DNA of 35,028 nucleotides from a virus. Lineage: Duplodnaviria > Caudoviricetes. Made by a program: the position numbers and the translations under genes. Positions 17,324 through 25,183 of this stretch are shown piece by piece. The DNA is taken from positions 1 through 35,028 of IMG/VR virus record IMGVR_UViG_3300025357_000031; one strand, written 5' to 3'. The first letter of the stretch is position 1, and every line of letters begins with the position of its first letter. Below the pieces are notes generated by a model. It was not told the origin of the DNA, searched no databases, and saw only the letters and a list, made by a program, of their open reading frames with translations.

Positions 17324-17643
17324 GCGATTTTGATGTCGCCAAGCGCAACGTATGGTTTAAAGCTTACAGCGCCAGCTTTAACAATCTGCTTGCTGTGCTT
17401 AATAACCCAAGCCTCGCCCATTTCCTGCGTAATTTTATCTTTGTTAAGCGCCCATGAAACTACCGTATCGCCTACGGTGGCCTTGAACGATGTGCCAAAA
17501 ATTTCTTTCATGCCGCGTTTCCGAATGATATCCTTAGCCTCATCAAGCTTGGCATCAATGGCCTTGGCAAGGGTGTGAAGCTTTGCAGCTTCGTCGATCA
17601 GGGTTTCGTCCGTCATGCCGATGAAATCAAATGCGGGGATCAT
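17320..17643 (-). CDS. Hypothetical early protein
   Basis: RBS GGAG; N-terminal coiled coil. Confidence 0.7.
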   Translation of the reverse strand: MIPAFDFIGMTDETLIDEAAKLHTLAKAIDAKLDEAKDIIRKRGMKEIFGTSFKATVGDTVVSWALNKDKITQEMGEAWVIKHSKQIVKAGAVSFKPYVALGDIKIA

Positions 17644-17714
17644 TGTGTTACTCCATTTGTTTGCGCGTTGTTGCGCTGTTGACTGAATTATAAAATCACA
17701 TGCTCAAGGCTATG

Positions 17715-17954
17715 TCAACCGCCATGTGTCGAAATATTAACATTAATGATGCGGCCATCAGCGCCAGACGGTTCGATTGTAAAGATGCCGCCTTGCCATG
17801 TGATGACGTCGAAATGGTCGGGGTTCATGTCATCCTCTTCAACCATGTAGATTTTGCCCAGTTCAGACGCCGCAGCAATGGCATCCGCGACGGTCGATGT
17901 GAGAGCTACAATGTAAGGATTTTGTAGGTTTGAGACATTGGTCAGGGTGTACAT
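17715..17954 (-). CDS. Hypothetical early protein
   Basis: RBS AAGGA, ATG start, fills the operon gap. Confidence 0.6.
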   Translation of the reverse strand: MYTLTNVSNLQNPYIVALTSTVADAIAAASELGKIYMVEEDDMNPDHFDVITWQGGIFTIEPSGADGRIINVNISTHGG

Positions 17955-17972
17955 TGGGTCATATCCTTTGGG

Positions 17973-18206
17973 TTAGTCTTCGGTATGCTTGGCTAAGATA
18001 TCAGCAAGGTCTAAGTCATCTTCGATCAAGTTATAGATATGACCACCGACCGGGCATCCGTCTTCGTAGAACATGTCTTCAATGATCACCTCCGGGTCAT
18101 AGGCTGGCTCTGTGAGGGTCTGCTTGCTGCCGCCTTCAATGGTATACCAAACAGTGATTTCGTACTCGCCATCCTCTAGCTCGATGCTGGTTTTGTAATA
18201 GTACAT
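17973..18206 (-). CDS. Small acidic early protein
   Basis: RBS AACGGAG; D/E- and Y-rich. Confidence 0.65.
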   Translation of the reverse strand: MYYYKTSIELEDGEYEITVWYTIEGGSKQTLTEPAYDPEVIIEDMFYEDGCPVGGHIYNLIEDDLDLADILAKHTED

Positions 18207-18234
18207 TGGTTAACTCCGTTTGTTTTAAGGAATA

Positions 18235-18254
18235 GGGAGAGCCGAAGCCCTCCC
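18235..18254 (-). terminator. UUCG hairpin, probable terminator or processing stem
   Basis: GGGAGGGC-TTCG-GCTCTCCC then TATT on the minus strand, right after stop 18257. Confidence 0.6.
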
Positions 18255-18256
18255 AG

Positions 18257-18673
18257 TTATGCCGTTAATTGATAGGGTTTATCCCAGCGACCAACATGAG
18301 CATAAGCATACCAGCCGACATCAAAGTAATCTGTCTGGCTGTCGCTTTTGTCGTGATTTCCTTCGTTGATTACTGAATAAATTTCAGTCAAAAAATCCAA
18401 AGCCTTTTCGCTAAAATTTTGTTTAAAATGATAAGGATTAACGCTAACATAATTAACGGCTGGTTCCCAACGCGACGCCGGACCCAATAGCTTGGAATGG
18501 TGAGTCTCGTTGTAATTGCTGATAAAATCAATTTCGCCTGATTTTATGTTGACGTTAAGGACAGGTGTAAAACCGCCTTCAATGCTTACAGTGGCCTTAA
18601 TGCCGTACTTTGCGCAAACTGTTTTGACGTTTGCCTTAATGTTAGCGATCATTTCTTTGCTTAAATGTGCCAT
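18257..18673 (-). CDS. Conserved phage early protein (SDxxTDYF motif, LPD29-like)
   Basis: NHDKSDSQTDYFDVGWY; first gene after a promoter cassette. Confidence 0.65.
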   Translation of the reverse strand: MAHLSKEMIANIKANVKTVCAKYGIKATVSIEGGFTPVLNVNIKSGEIDFISNYNETHHSKLLGPASRWEPAVNYVSVNPYHFKQNFSEKALDFLTEIYSVINEGNHDKSDSQTDYFDVGWYAYAHVGRWDKPYQLTA

Positions 18674-18774
18674 TGTCTTGCTCCGTTTGTGTGGGCTGCT
18701 GCCCTGTTGTTGATGTGATGACTATATGCTTAAGGTTATTTATGGTCAAGCTTATTATTGCATTGCTGCTATGC
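18674..18774 (-). promoter_or_regulatory. Early promoter cassette
   Basis: GCAT-N7-ATGC (18760-18774), TTGACC-17-TATAGT, 12-bp operator in the spacer, GGGC/GCCC leader hairpin, AACGGAGC RBS. Confidence 0.75.
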
Positions 18775-18787
18775 ATTATTGCATGGC

Positions 18788-18901
18788 TTAGTCGTAAAAG
18801 AAGGCGCTAATACCAGTGGCCCACACGTAAATGAAAAGCAGGAAGACGCTTAAGCACAGGATCGCGATGAGGTCGTCGATGATGGTGAACAGTGTTTTCA
18901 T
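18788..18901 (-). CDS. 37-aa single-pass membrane peptide (not in ORF track)
   Basis: MKTLFTIIDDLIAILCLSVFLLFIYVWATGISAFFYD; ATGA overlap. Confidence 0.6.
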   Translation of the reverse strand: MKTLFTIIDDLIAILCLSVFLLFIYVWATGISAFFYD

Positions 18902-19176
18902 GCGGCGTCTTTCCGAATCAGGCTATTAATTTCGAGGGCTAACGTCTCATATTCCGCATGCAAATCACTGATCAGGCGATACCGGTCGTTGTAAGCTTGA
19001 CGCGCTTGTGTGGCCACGCCTTCGCCTTGTGGGTAAAAGTCGCGCGCATTGGGGTATGCATTACGCATGGCTGTCAGCACGTCTTGCAGGGCTTCCATGA
19101 CCTGTAGCTGCTGGTCAAGCAGGTGGCTGCCAGTCGTGCCGTTCAGGTGGATCGTAGGGGTCAATAGCTTGCTCAT
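18898..19176 (-). CDS. Hypothetical early protein
   Basis: PTIHLNGT...PNARDFYPQG; RBS AACGGAGCAAACCAATG. Confidence 0.75.
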   Translation of the reverse strand: MSKLLTPTIHLNGTTGSHLLDQQLQVMEALQDVLTAMRNAYPNARDFYPQGEGVATQARQAYNDRYRLISDLHAEYETLALEINSLIRKDAA

Positions 19177-19193
19177 TGGTTTGCTCCGTTTTG

Positions 19194-19514
19194 TTACACT
19201 AAAGCCAGAACGGCTGCCTTGGCTTCGTCGATGCTGAAGAACCGGGCTGGGCCGTCCTGCTCAGCCTTCTCATAAAGCTTAAGGGCTGCCGCTTGCAGGA
19301 TGTCGTCACCAATCACCATGACCCGCTGAAAGCCTTTTGCAAGCTCATGCTTACGGTCGTCATTGGGCAGCTTGTAGGTGGTCACAATGCCGTCTTTGAT
19401 GTTGACAGCTTTGGCGATGGTGTAGTCAGTGTAGAACGTCTTTTTCATGTCGGCATGCGTTTGAGATTTTTCTGACGCGATCATGATGGCTTTGCCACGT
19501 TTTGTCTTGTTCAT
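19194..19514 (-). CDS. Hypothetical early protein
   Basis: RBS AAGGAGCAAACCAATG. Confidence 0.7.
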   Translation of the reverse strand: MNKTKRGKAIMIASEKSQTHADMKKTFYTDYTIAKAVNIKDGIVTTYKLPNDDRKHELAKGFQRVMVIGDDILQAAALKLYEKAEQDGPARFFSIDEAKAAVLALV

Positions 19515-19526
19515 TGGTTTGCTCCT

Positions 19527-19706
19527 TCACTTGCAATGCTGGGACAGATAAGCATAAGCACCCATCTGTGTGTTAAAGGTTGGCACGTTCCACGCAAAGT
19601 CATCGACAGCTTTGCGTTGTTCTGCTGTCAAGCTCAGGTGCGCGTTGGTGCGTACAGCAATTTCGAAGCCATATTGAGACTGGTAAACATAAAACACGTT
19701 AGGCAT
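19527..19706 (-). CDS. 59-aa early protein (not in ORF track)
   Basis: MPNVFYVYQSQYGFEIAVRT...QHCK; RBS AACGGAG; first gene after a promoter. Confidence 0.65.
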   Translation of the reverse strand: MPNVFYVYQSQYGFEIAVRTNAHLSLTAEQRKAVDDFAWNVPTFNTQMGAYAYLSQHCK

Positions 19707-19818
19707 TGCATCGCTCCGTTGGTGTGGGCCTCAGCCCCGTTGTTGATGTGACCAATGTATGCTGAAGCTTATCGTATGTCAACAAGTTCCAGCATATTTA
19801 TTTGCATGGCTGCTATGC
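19707..19818 (-). promoter_or_regulatory. Early promoter cassette
   Basis: GCAT-N7-ATGC (19804-19818), TTGACA-17-TACATT, operator TGCTGAAGCTTA in the spacer, leader hairpin. Confidence 0.75.
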
Positions 19819-20076
19819 GTATTTTGCAAGGAACCGCTTGATCTGCTGCACTTCGCGCTTTGCCTGTTTCTGCTCGTCCTTGCTCCACTCGCCCATGAAC
19901 ATCTCGTTATTGGTCGTGCCGCTCTCATAATAGAGGGATAGCTGGTACTTGGCTTCGTCGATGATCTCGTGGTCAGTGTATTCGTCGGGCGTTTTGTTAT
20001 CATCAACACAAAGCTGGTTGTTGAACACGTGGGCCAGTTCTTCGCACTTAAGCATGTCCTTCACGATCTGACGCAT
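19813..20076 (-). CDS. Hypothetical early protein
   Basis: RBS AACGGAGCAAATCAATG. Confidence 0.7.
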   Translation of the reverse strand: MRQIVKDMLKCEELAHVFNNQLCVDDNKTPDEYTDHEIIDEAKYQLSLYYESGTTNNEMFMGEWSKDEQKQAKREVQQIKRFLAKYA

Positions 20077-20088
20077 TGATTTGCTCCG

Positions 20089-20286
20089 TTATGCTAGCAG
20101 GTCTGCGGTGCGGAAATTGGAAAGCGCCGATTTGCTTACAAGACGCATCAGGCCGTTGTGATCGCCGTTGTTGTGGACGAAGTGAACCCAAACATTGTCA
20201 GGTGACCACGAGAGATGGTCGAGGATGATGACAAGCTGTGTGCCGGTGTGCATCGCGTAATCTGCTACGTTATAAGTCTTGGTCAT
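20089..20286 (-). CDS. Hypothetical early protein
   Basis: RBS GACGGAGCAAACCAATG; first gene of the leftward region. Confidence 0.7.
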   Translation of the reverse strand: MTKTYNVADYAMHTGTQLVIILDHLSWSPDNVWVHFVHNNGDHNGLMRLVSKSALSNFRTADLLA

Positions 20287-20378
20287 TGGTTTGCTCCGTC
20301 GGTGTTGTTTGCTTCAGTGATGTTGTTATCTCATAAGCTTCAGCATATGTAAAGCATGTTATTGCATGGCTGGCATGC
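20287..20378 (-). promoter_or_regulatory. Early promoter cassette
   Basis: GCAT-N7-ATGC (20364-20378), -35 TTTACA, operator at 20334-20345; the -10 is weak. Confidence 0.6.
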
Positions 20379-20478
20379 AAATATGCATAGCTCGTAAACA
20401 GGTTGGTTGATCTCCAGATCAGTGGGTGTTACATTGTAGCTATGTGATTGATTCGGTTGGATAATTGGGCAAATAGCT

Positions 20479-20736
20479 ATGCAGTTCCTGTGGTTTCTCG
20501 CGCATGATGATGGTTCGGTGACCATGAAATACCGGGGCGATCCTGATGAATGGGACGAAGCGATAAAGGCCAACCTGCTTATGGTAGTCAAAGACCTGAT
20601 CGAAGGGCTGACACATGAAGAGCCAGAGGAATTGCAGACCGTCGAAGAACTGCCGGCAGCCATTGATAACGTGATACCATACCGGACCAAGGACATAGCG
20701 AAACAGCATAGACAGAGGACGCACAGAAATGATTGA
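20479..20736 (+). CDS. Hypothetical protein
   Basis: Acidic 85 aa ORF overlapping the next gene. Confidence 0.5.
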   Translation: MQFLWFLAHDDGSVTMKYRGDPDEWDEAIKANLLMVVKDLIEGLTHEEPEELQTVEELPAAIDNVIPYRTKDIAKQHRQRTHRND

Positions 20737-20965
20737 CATGCCACACGCAGACAATGACGAGCCAGCGCCTATGATTACCTTCAGCATATCGAAGGATGAC
20801 AGCGGAGAGGTTATCGTCACGCTAGACATTGCTGAGGGGTTCGAGCTGTTAGATGACAACGAGGCAGAGAGCTTGCTTATCCAGTCGATGGATGTGCTGG
20901 AAGAGATGCTGATGGACCTAGAAGATGATTGGTCCGGCGATGACGAGCCTACTAACGCTGCATAA
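20729..20965 (+). CDS. Highly acidic hypothetical protein
   Basis: D/E-rich 78 aa ORF upstream of terS. Confidence 0.55.
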   Translation: MIDMPHADNDEPAPMITFSISKDDSGEVIVTLDIAEGFELLDDNEAESLLIQSMDVLEEMLMDLEDDWSGDDEPTNAA

Positions 20966-20977
20966 GGAACTAACAAG

Positions 20978-21613
20978 GTGACAGACAACTACACAGGCAG
21001 CATCACAGAGCCACAGAGAACGGTCAACAAGGGCAAGCATGCCAAGACGGTAGCTAATGGCAAGACAGTCAGGTCATCAAGCAAGCTAACGCCACAAGGC
21101 TTCGTATTGGCCAAGGCTGACGGACAAAGCACACAAGGTCGGCATCTTGTGTTCATGGAGGACATAGCTGACAAGGTTCTCGATAGGCTGAGCAATGGGG
21201 AAAGCTTGCGTTCGATTTGCCAAGATGCTGACATGCCTGACGGAAGCACAGTACGCAAATGGATATCGCGTAACCCTGATTTCGCTCGCCAGTACGCGAT
21301 CGCACGGGAAGAACAAGCCGACAGCCTGTTTGATGAGACCATACACATTGCTGATGCGGTGCCTAAGGGTGCTGCAAACGAGGATATACAACGCGCCCGG
21401 CTTCAGATTGACACGCGCAAGTGGGTTGCTGGCAAGCTTCGGCCTAAGAAGTACGGAGACCTGCTGAAGCATGAGCTAACGGGCGCTAATGGTGGCGCTA
21501 TAGCCATGCAAGCGGTAAGCATTGGCTCACTGGACTATGACCAGCGTGAGGCATTGGCTGGCATGCTAGAGCAGATTGCACTGCCTAGTCCTGATCAGGA
21601 TGATGAGCTATAG
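20978..21613 (+). CDS. terS: Terminase small subunit (Sf6 gp1-like)
   Basis: LSNGESLRSIC..ADMPD..TV.KW...F.RQYA.ARE...RLQIDTRKWVAGKL.PKKYGD. Confidence 0.85.
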   Translation: MTDNYTGSITEPQRTVNKGKHAKTVANGKTVRSSSKLTPQGFVLAKADGQSTQGRHLVFMEDIADKVLDRLSNGESLRSICQDADMPDGSTVRKWISRNPDFARQYAIAREEQADSLFDETIHIADAVPKGAANEDIQRARLQIDTRKWVAGKLRPKKYGDLLKHELTGANGGAIAMQAVSIGSLDYDQREALAGMLEQIALPSPDQDDEL

Positions 21614-21763
21614 CCTTTAGCATATAGCCCTTTAAAGCCACAGAGAAGCCCATACAGAGGCAATGACAGTACAGCGGTACATTGTATCATTGTATGCTGA
21701 TGCTTGCCACTGGTGGCGTTTTCACGTTTTGTTCCGTTTCCATAATAGGATCAATGTCCTACG

Positions 21764-21949
21764 TGCTGATGCTTACCCATGCGATAACCTTCAGCACGCC
21801 GTCGAGTAGCCTTCAGCATGTTGACCTATGGTGATGCTTATCATGCCATATGGTGAAGCTTACTGACCGTCATGCTGAAGCTTACGCACGTCATGCTGAT
21901 GCTTACCATTGGATATGCTGAAGCTTACGTTGCAGTATGGTGAAGCTTA
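21764..21949. repeat. Nine 12-bp motifs TG(C/G)TGA(A/T)G(C/G)(T/C)TA at 21-22 bp spacing
   Basis: Starts at 21764, 21785 (inverted), 21807 (inverted), 21829, 21851, 21873, 21894, 21916, 21938. Confidence 0.9.
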
Positions 21950-21967
21950 CGTTAGCGCAACGTCAGC

Positions 21968-22081
21968 GTTCGTGCTTTGTTTACCTTTTGTTCCATCCGT
22001 CTGCCGTGCAGAGAACAGAACGAGAACAAACCATGAACAAAACGGGAACGAAGGAGAACGGACCGTGAACAAACCGTGAAC
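21968..22081. promoter_or_regulatory. Array of alphaproteobacterial LexA-box-like sites (GTTC-N7-GTTC / GAAC-N7-GAAC)
   Basis: GTTC/GTTT/GTTC at 21968, 21979, 21990; GAAC at 22013, 22024, 22035, 22046, 22056, 22067, 22078. Confidence 0.7.
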
Positions 22082-22083
22082 AG

Positions 22084-22501
22084 CAGGGGTGGGGTGGGCG
22101 TGGTGGTACCCCCCGCTAATAGGCGAAGGCCCGTATCTGTATCCAAGCACACCCCACGCATATCCCCCATATTCCCCTAAACATAACCTTAACCATACCC
22201 TGTCATCTTCGCACTACATTATCCCCGTTAATGTCATCCCTACGGAGCATTTTCCCTATTGCAATCCGTGTTAAGCTGGCGTAGTAACTCCGCACCCTTC
22301 GGCATGTTCCTGCTTAGCACACTACCGGAGGGACCATACGTTGGCCCTGCTGCCTTGTGTTCGCGGCTTGGTCGAGCGGCTGATTGTCCGTTTGTTAGAA
22401 CACAATGCTGCTATGCTGTACGGGGGCATGGCTTAAGACAATGAAACGCCCCATAGGCAATTCATAGCCCGTACCTTTTTCCTGATCAGGGGTGGGGTGG
22501 G
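22084..22501 (+). repeat. 15-bp direct repeat CAGGGGTGGGGTGGG (22084-22098 and 22487-22501)
   Basis: Exact match read from the sequence. Confidence 0.8.
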
Positions 22502-22630
22502 GGTCTGTATTAGCGACCCTACCCCCTACAAACCTTAAACACCCACATGGGACTCCGACACTTGACAGGTAGCCTATTGCTATCTTATATTTTGCATGTT
22601 ACACAAATTGCACTGCAACGGAGACTAACG

Positions 22631-22861
22631 ATGGATATTGTTGAACGGTTGCGCGAACGCATGGTTAACAGCATATTGCTATTAAGCGACCCACCACAAA
22701 GAGTGAAAGACGCACTTTGCCATGCTGCCGCCGATGAGATTGAACGGCTGCGACATGAATTGGAACGCATAGCCGATGTATCGGAGCGGTGGCCTGATAG
22801 CCTTGTCTCGCAGATTAACGAGATTGCCCGTGCCGCACTAAATACTTTGAAAGGGGAATGA
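22631..22861 (+). CDS. Fifth MDIVERLR/AADEIERLR paralog
   Basis: MDIVERLRER...AAADEIERLR...ALNTLKGE; GGAG RBS; TTGACA at 22562. Confidence 0.75.
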   Translation: MDIVERLRERMVNSILLLSDPPQRVKDALCHAAADEIERLRHELERIADVSERWPDSLVSQINEIARAALNTLKGE

Positions 22862-23100
22862 CAATGACACTTGATCTTAAAGAACACATGGCCAAAAAAG
22901 ACGAAGAAGCTCGCATTAAGGCGTTTAACGATGTTGGCGCAGCTTTGAACGGCCTTCCTATTGGTACGGCTCTTCAAATACTTGGGGCTGTATCAGCGAG
23001 CGCCGTTCGTAATATGCCGCCAGCAGAACGCATTAAGATTGCTTCCATGTTTTACGGCGTCTTAGCTCGGCCACCAGAATCTGAGGAAACCATGCAATGA
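22858..23100 (+). CDS. Hypothetical protein
   Basis: ATGA-coupled ORF. Confidence 0.6.
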   Translation: MTMTLDLKEHMAKKDEEARIKAFNDVGAALNGLPIGTALQILGAVSASAVRNMPPAERIKIASMFYGVLARPPESEETMQ

Positions 23101-23279
23101 CAAGGAAACTAGGCGGTAGAGCTAGTCAGGGGGATGTTGGCATTGGCAACAACATGGACCCTAATCACAAAGTGCTGCTGGCAACTGCGCGGCAGATCAA
23201 AAAGAACCAGCGAATCAGTGACACGCTTAGCGGCGTTCGCAAGCCTGTGTCACTCGCTAAGTTTTCGTGGGACAAATAA
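23097..23279 (+). CDS. Small basic hypothetical protein
   Basis: ATGA-coupled ORF. Confidence 0.55.
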   Translation: MTRKLGGRASQGDVGIGNNMDPNHKVLLATARQIKKNQRISDTLSGVRKPVSLAKFSWDK

Positions 23280-23282
23280 CGC

Positions 23283-23465
23283 ATGACTAGGGAAGTTGGT
23301 AAGCATGCTGGCAAATGGACGCCAGAACGCATCAAGGAAGCCCAAGACCTATTGTTCGCGGGTATGTCCTTGACTAAAGCCGCACAAGCCATGGGCATCA
23401 CCCGTAAAGCTTTGACGGACGCTCTGGTGAGACACAACGCAATGCCGAGGAGGGCATGGATATGA
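23283..23465 (+). CDS. Small HTH protein
   Basis: WTPERI...GMSLTKAAQAMGITRKAL. Confidence 0.65.
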   Translation: MTREVGKHAGKWTPERIKEAQDLLFAGMSLTKAAQAMGITRKALTDALVRHNAMPRRAWI

Positions 23466-23677
23466 CTGACAATCCGCATTATGTGACGCCTTATGAGGCT
23501 GGAAGAATGACTTGCGTTGTTGACCCCGCAGAAACGTTCTGTAATGGCCCAGATTGTATGGCTTGGCGGTGGCGTCCAGCAGGCCATCAAGACTTGATGC
23601 AAGGCAAGATGTTGGAATTGCCGCTTGTCCCTGAAAAGCCAATGACACACGGCTATTGCGGGATGGTGCGGTCATGA
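23462..23677 (+). CDS. Cys-rich small protein (paralog of 27683-27931)
   Basis: DNPH...C...C...CMAWRW...HGYCGM. Confidence 0.7.
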   Translation: MTDNPHYVTPYEAGRMTCVVDPAETFCNGPDCMAWRWRPAGHQDLMQGKMLELPLVPEKPMTHGYCGMVRS

Positions 23678-23922
23678 CTGAATGGCAACCAATAGAAACC
23701 GCACCGAAAGACCGTCCAATTTTAGTGTACGGCAATAAGGAAAAAGGCAATCAGGCGGAGTTTGGTCAGCGGATTGCGGTGGCGGTGTATCATAGTGAAA
23801 TGCACTATACATATGGCGATGAACCAATGTTTGTTTACGCCCCTCATCGCGTTGAAAGTGATGGGCCGGATCGTTGTATTTGCCCATCCCATTGGATGCC
23901 ATTACCGGAGCCACCGAAATGA
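23674..23922 (+). CDS. DUF551-like phage protein
   Basis: WQPIETAPKD...PSHWMPLPEPP. Confidence 0.85.
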   Translation: MTEWQPIETAPKDRPILVYGNKEKGNQAEFGQRIAVAVYHSEMHYTYGDEPMFVYAPHRVESDGPDRCICPSHWMPLPEPPK

Positions 23923-24215
23923 CTGATAACGAATCATACCGTGCAGCAGTAGAAGCTGGCTATGCTAGTTTGCCGGAATATGTATCAAATATGGGGCGGT
24001 TGCCTCGCGAAATGGTAACATATATAGACCCACCTAGCGGTTGGCGGTATGGGTTTCCTAAAGTGTTCCCTAAGGAAGCACATGACCGCACATTGGAATG
24101 GCTTGTTGAGGAAGGATACCCTCAATGGGAGATCGATAAGATGAAGAAACATTTTTATTGCCGATATTGGCAAGAACCAGCGGAACCAGTGGAGAATGTT
24201 GGTGAATTTCGTTAA
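23919..24215 (+). CDS. Conserved phage hypothetical protein
   Basis: IDPPSGWRYGFPK...WLVEEGYP. Confidence 0.7.
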   Translation: MTDNESYRAAVEAGYASLPEYVSNMGRLPREMVTYIDPPSGWRYGFPKVFPKEAHDRTLEWLVEEGYPQWEIDKMKKHFYCRYWQEPAEPVENVGEFR

Positions 24216-24837
24216 ATTTAATGATTATATTGAGCTTTATTGCGGCGATTGCCAAAATATTTTGCCAAATATATCCTTTAATTCAATCGTAACCGATCCA
24301 CCATATGGAATGCAATTTAAGTCAAATCACAGGAAAATAAAGCATAAAGCTATAGAAAACGATGACTCTGACGACTTTCTTCAGTATATTTGTAATATTA
24401 AGGCAAGCCATTCTAAGTACATATTCGGCAGGTGGAATAACTTAAAAAACATTCCTTTACCAAAATCCGTTATAACTTGGGTTAAAAACAATTGGTCAAT
24501 GGGAGACCTAAAACATGAACACGCAAGACAAACAGAACTTGTGTTTTTCTATCAAGGTGATAATCATTTCTTTCCCTTAAAACGGCCAAAGGATGTGGTT
24601 ATGCATCCAAGGACTCAAAACAAGTTTCATCCAACGGAAAAACCTATACCCCTTATGGAAGAAATATTGGGTTGGACCGATGGGGTTGTAGTTGATCCGT
24701 TTATGGGAAGCGGTTCAACAGCTATCGCCGCTATTAAACAAAAGAAAAAGTTTGTTGGAATAGAACTAAATAGAACTTACTTCGATATAGCTTGTGAAAG
24801 AATTGAAGCCAAATTAAAGGAGAATGGCAATGGGTAA
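24196..24837 (+). CDS. DNA amino-methyltransferase (m6A/m4C), beta class
   Basis: TDPPYG precedes HPTEKP and DPFMGSGST. Confidence 0.92.
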   Translation: MLVNFVKFNDYIELYCGDCQNILPNISFNSIVTDPPYGMQFKSNHRKIKHKAIENDDSDDFLQYICNIKASHSKYIFGRWNNLKNIPLPKSVITWVKNNWSMGDLKHEHARQTELVFFYQGDNHFFPLKRPKDVVMHPRTQNKFHPTEKPIPLMEEILGWTDGVVVDPFMGSGSTAIAAIKQKKKFVGIELNRTYFDIACERIEAKLKENGNG

Positions 24838-25183
24838 GATTCAAGAATGGTATGATGCATGGCTGATTGAACGAGCCAATGAAGCCAGAGAAAACAAAAT
24901 GAACTCAAAGAAGCCAGAAGATGAGGCTCCCAAAGTTCGTTTTCCCTCCGACATCGTAAAAGAACTTCGCGCCCGAGCTATGCAATGCGAAGATAGTGAA
25001 CGAGATTTTTTGACTGGCTTATCTACGTGGCCCAAGGAATCTACCCTTGAGTGGGCTGCTGCGGATTTAATTCAAAGCCATAAACGCGAAATTGATCATT
25101 ACGAACTTATGCGAGAAGATTTTAGATCGCTTTGGTTTGATATTCGCGCCGCGTTCCAAGATTTAGGTATAACGGATGACTAA
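24824..25183 (+). CDS. Hypothetical protein with a divergent DIVKELR...AAADLI module
   Basis: AAGGAG RBS (start may be ATG 24830); coupled to neighbours. Confidence 0.6.
   Translation: MAMGKIQEWYDAWLIERANEARENKMNSKKPEDEAPKVRFPSDIVKELRARAMQCEDSERDFLTGLSTWPKESTLEWAAADLIQSHKREIDHYELMREDFRSLWFDIRAAFQDLGITDD

Noticed and set aside
20340-20988. Minus-strand ORFs 20340-20744 and 20440-20988
   Set aside because: Ser-rich antisense shadows of the acidic + strand genes
21764-21949. CRISPR array
   Set aside because: Repeats are 12 bp with linkers of about 10 bp and mixed orientation, far too short, and there are no cas genes
21947-22444. ORFs 21947-22150, 21952-22170, 22089-22274 and 22259-22444
   Set aside because: No convincing RBS, some with non-ATG starts, and compositions dictated by the DNA repeats
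24196-24837. CcrM ortholog paired with GcrA
   Set aside because: Only generic beta-class motifs; too short to include the CcrM C-terminal domain; specificity cannot be read from the sequence
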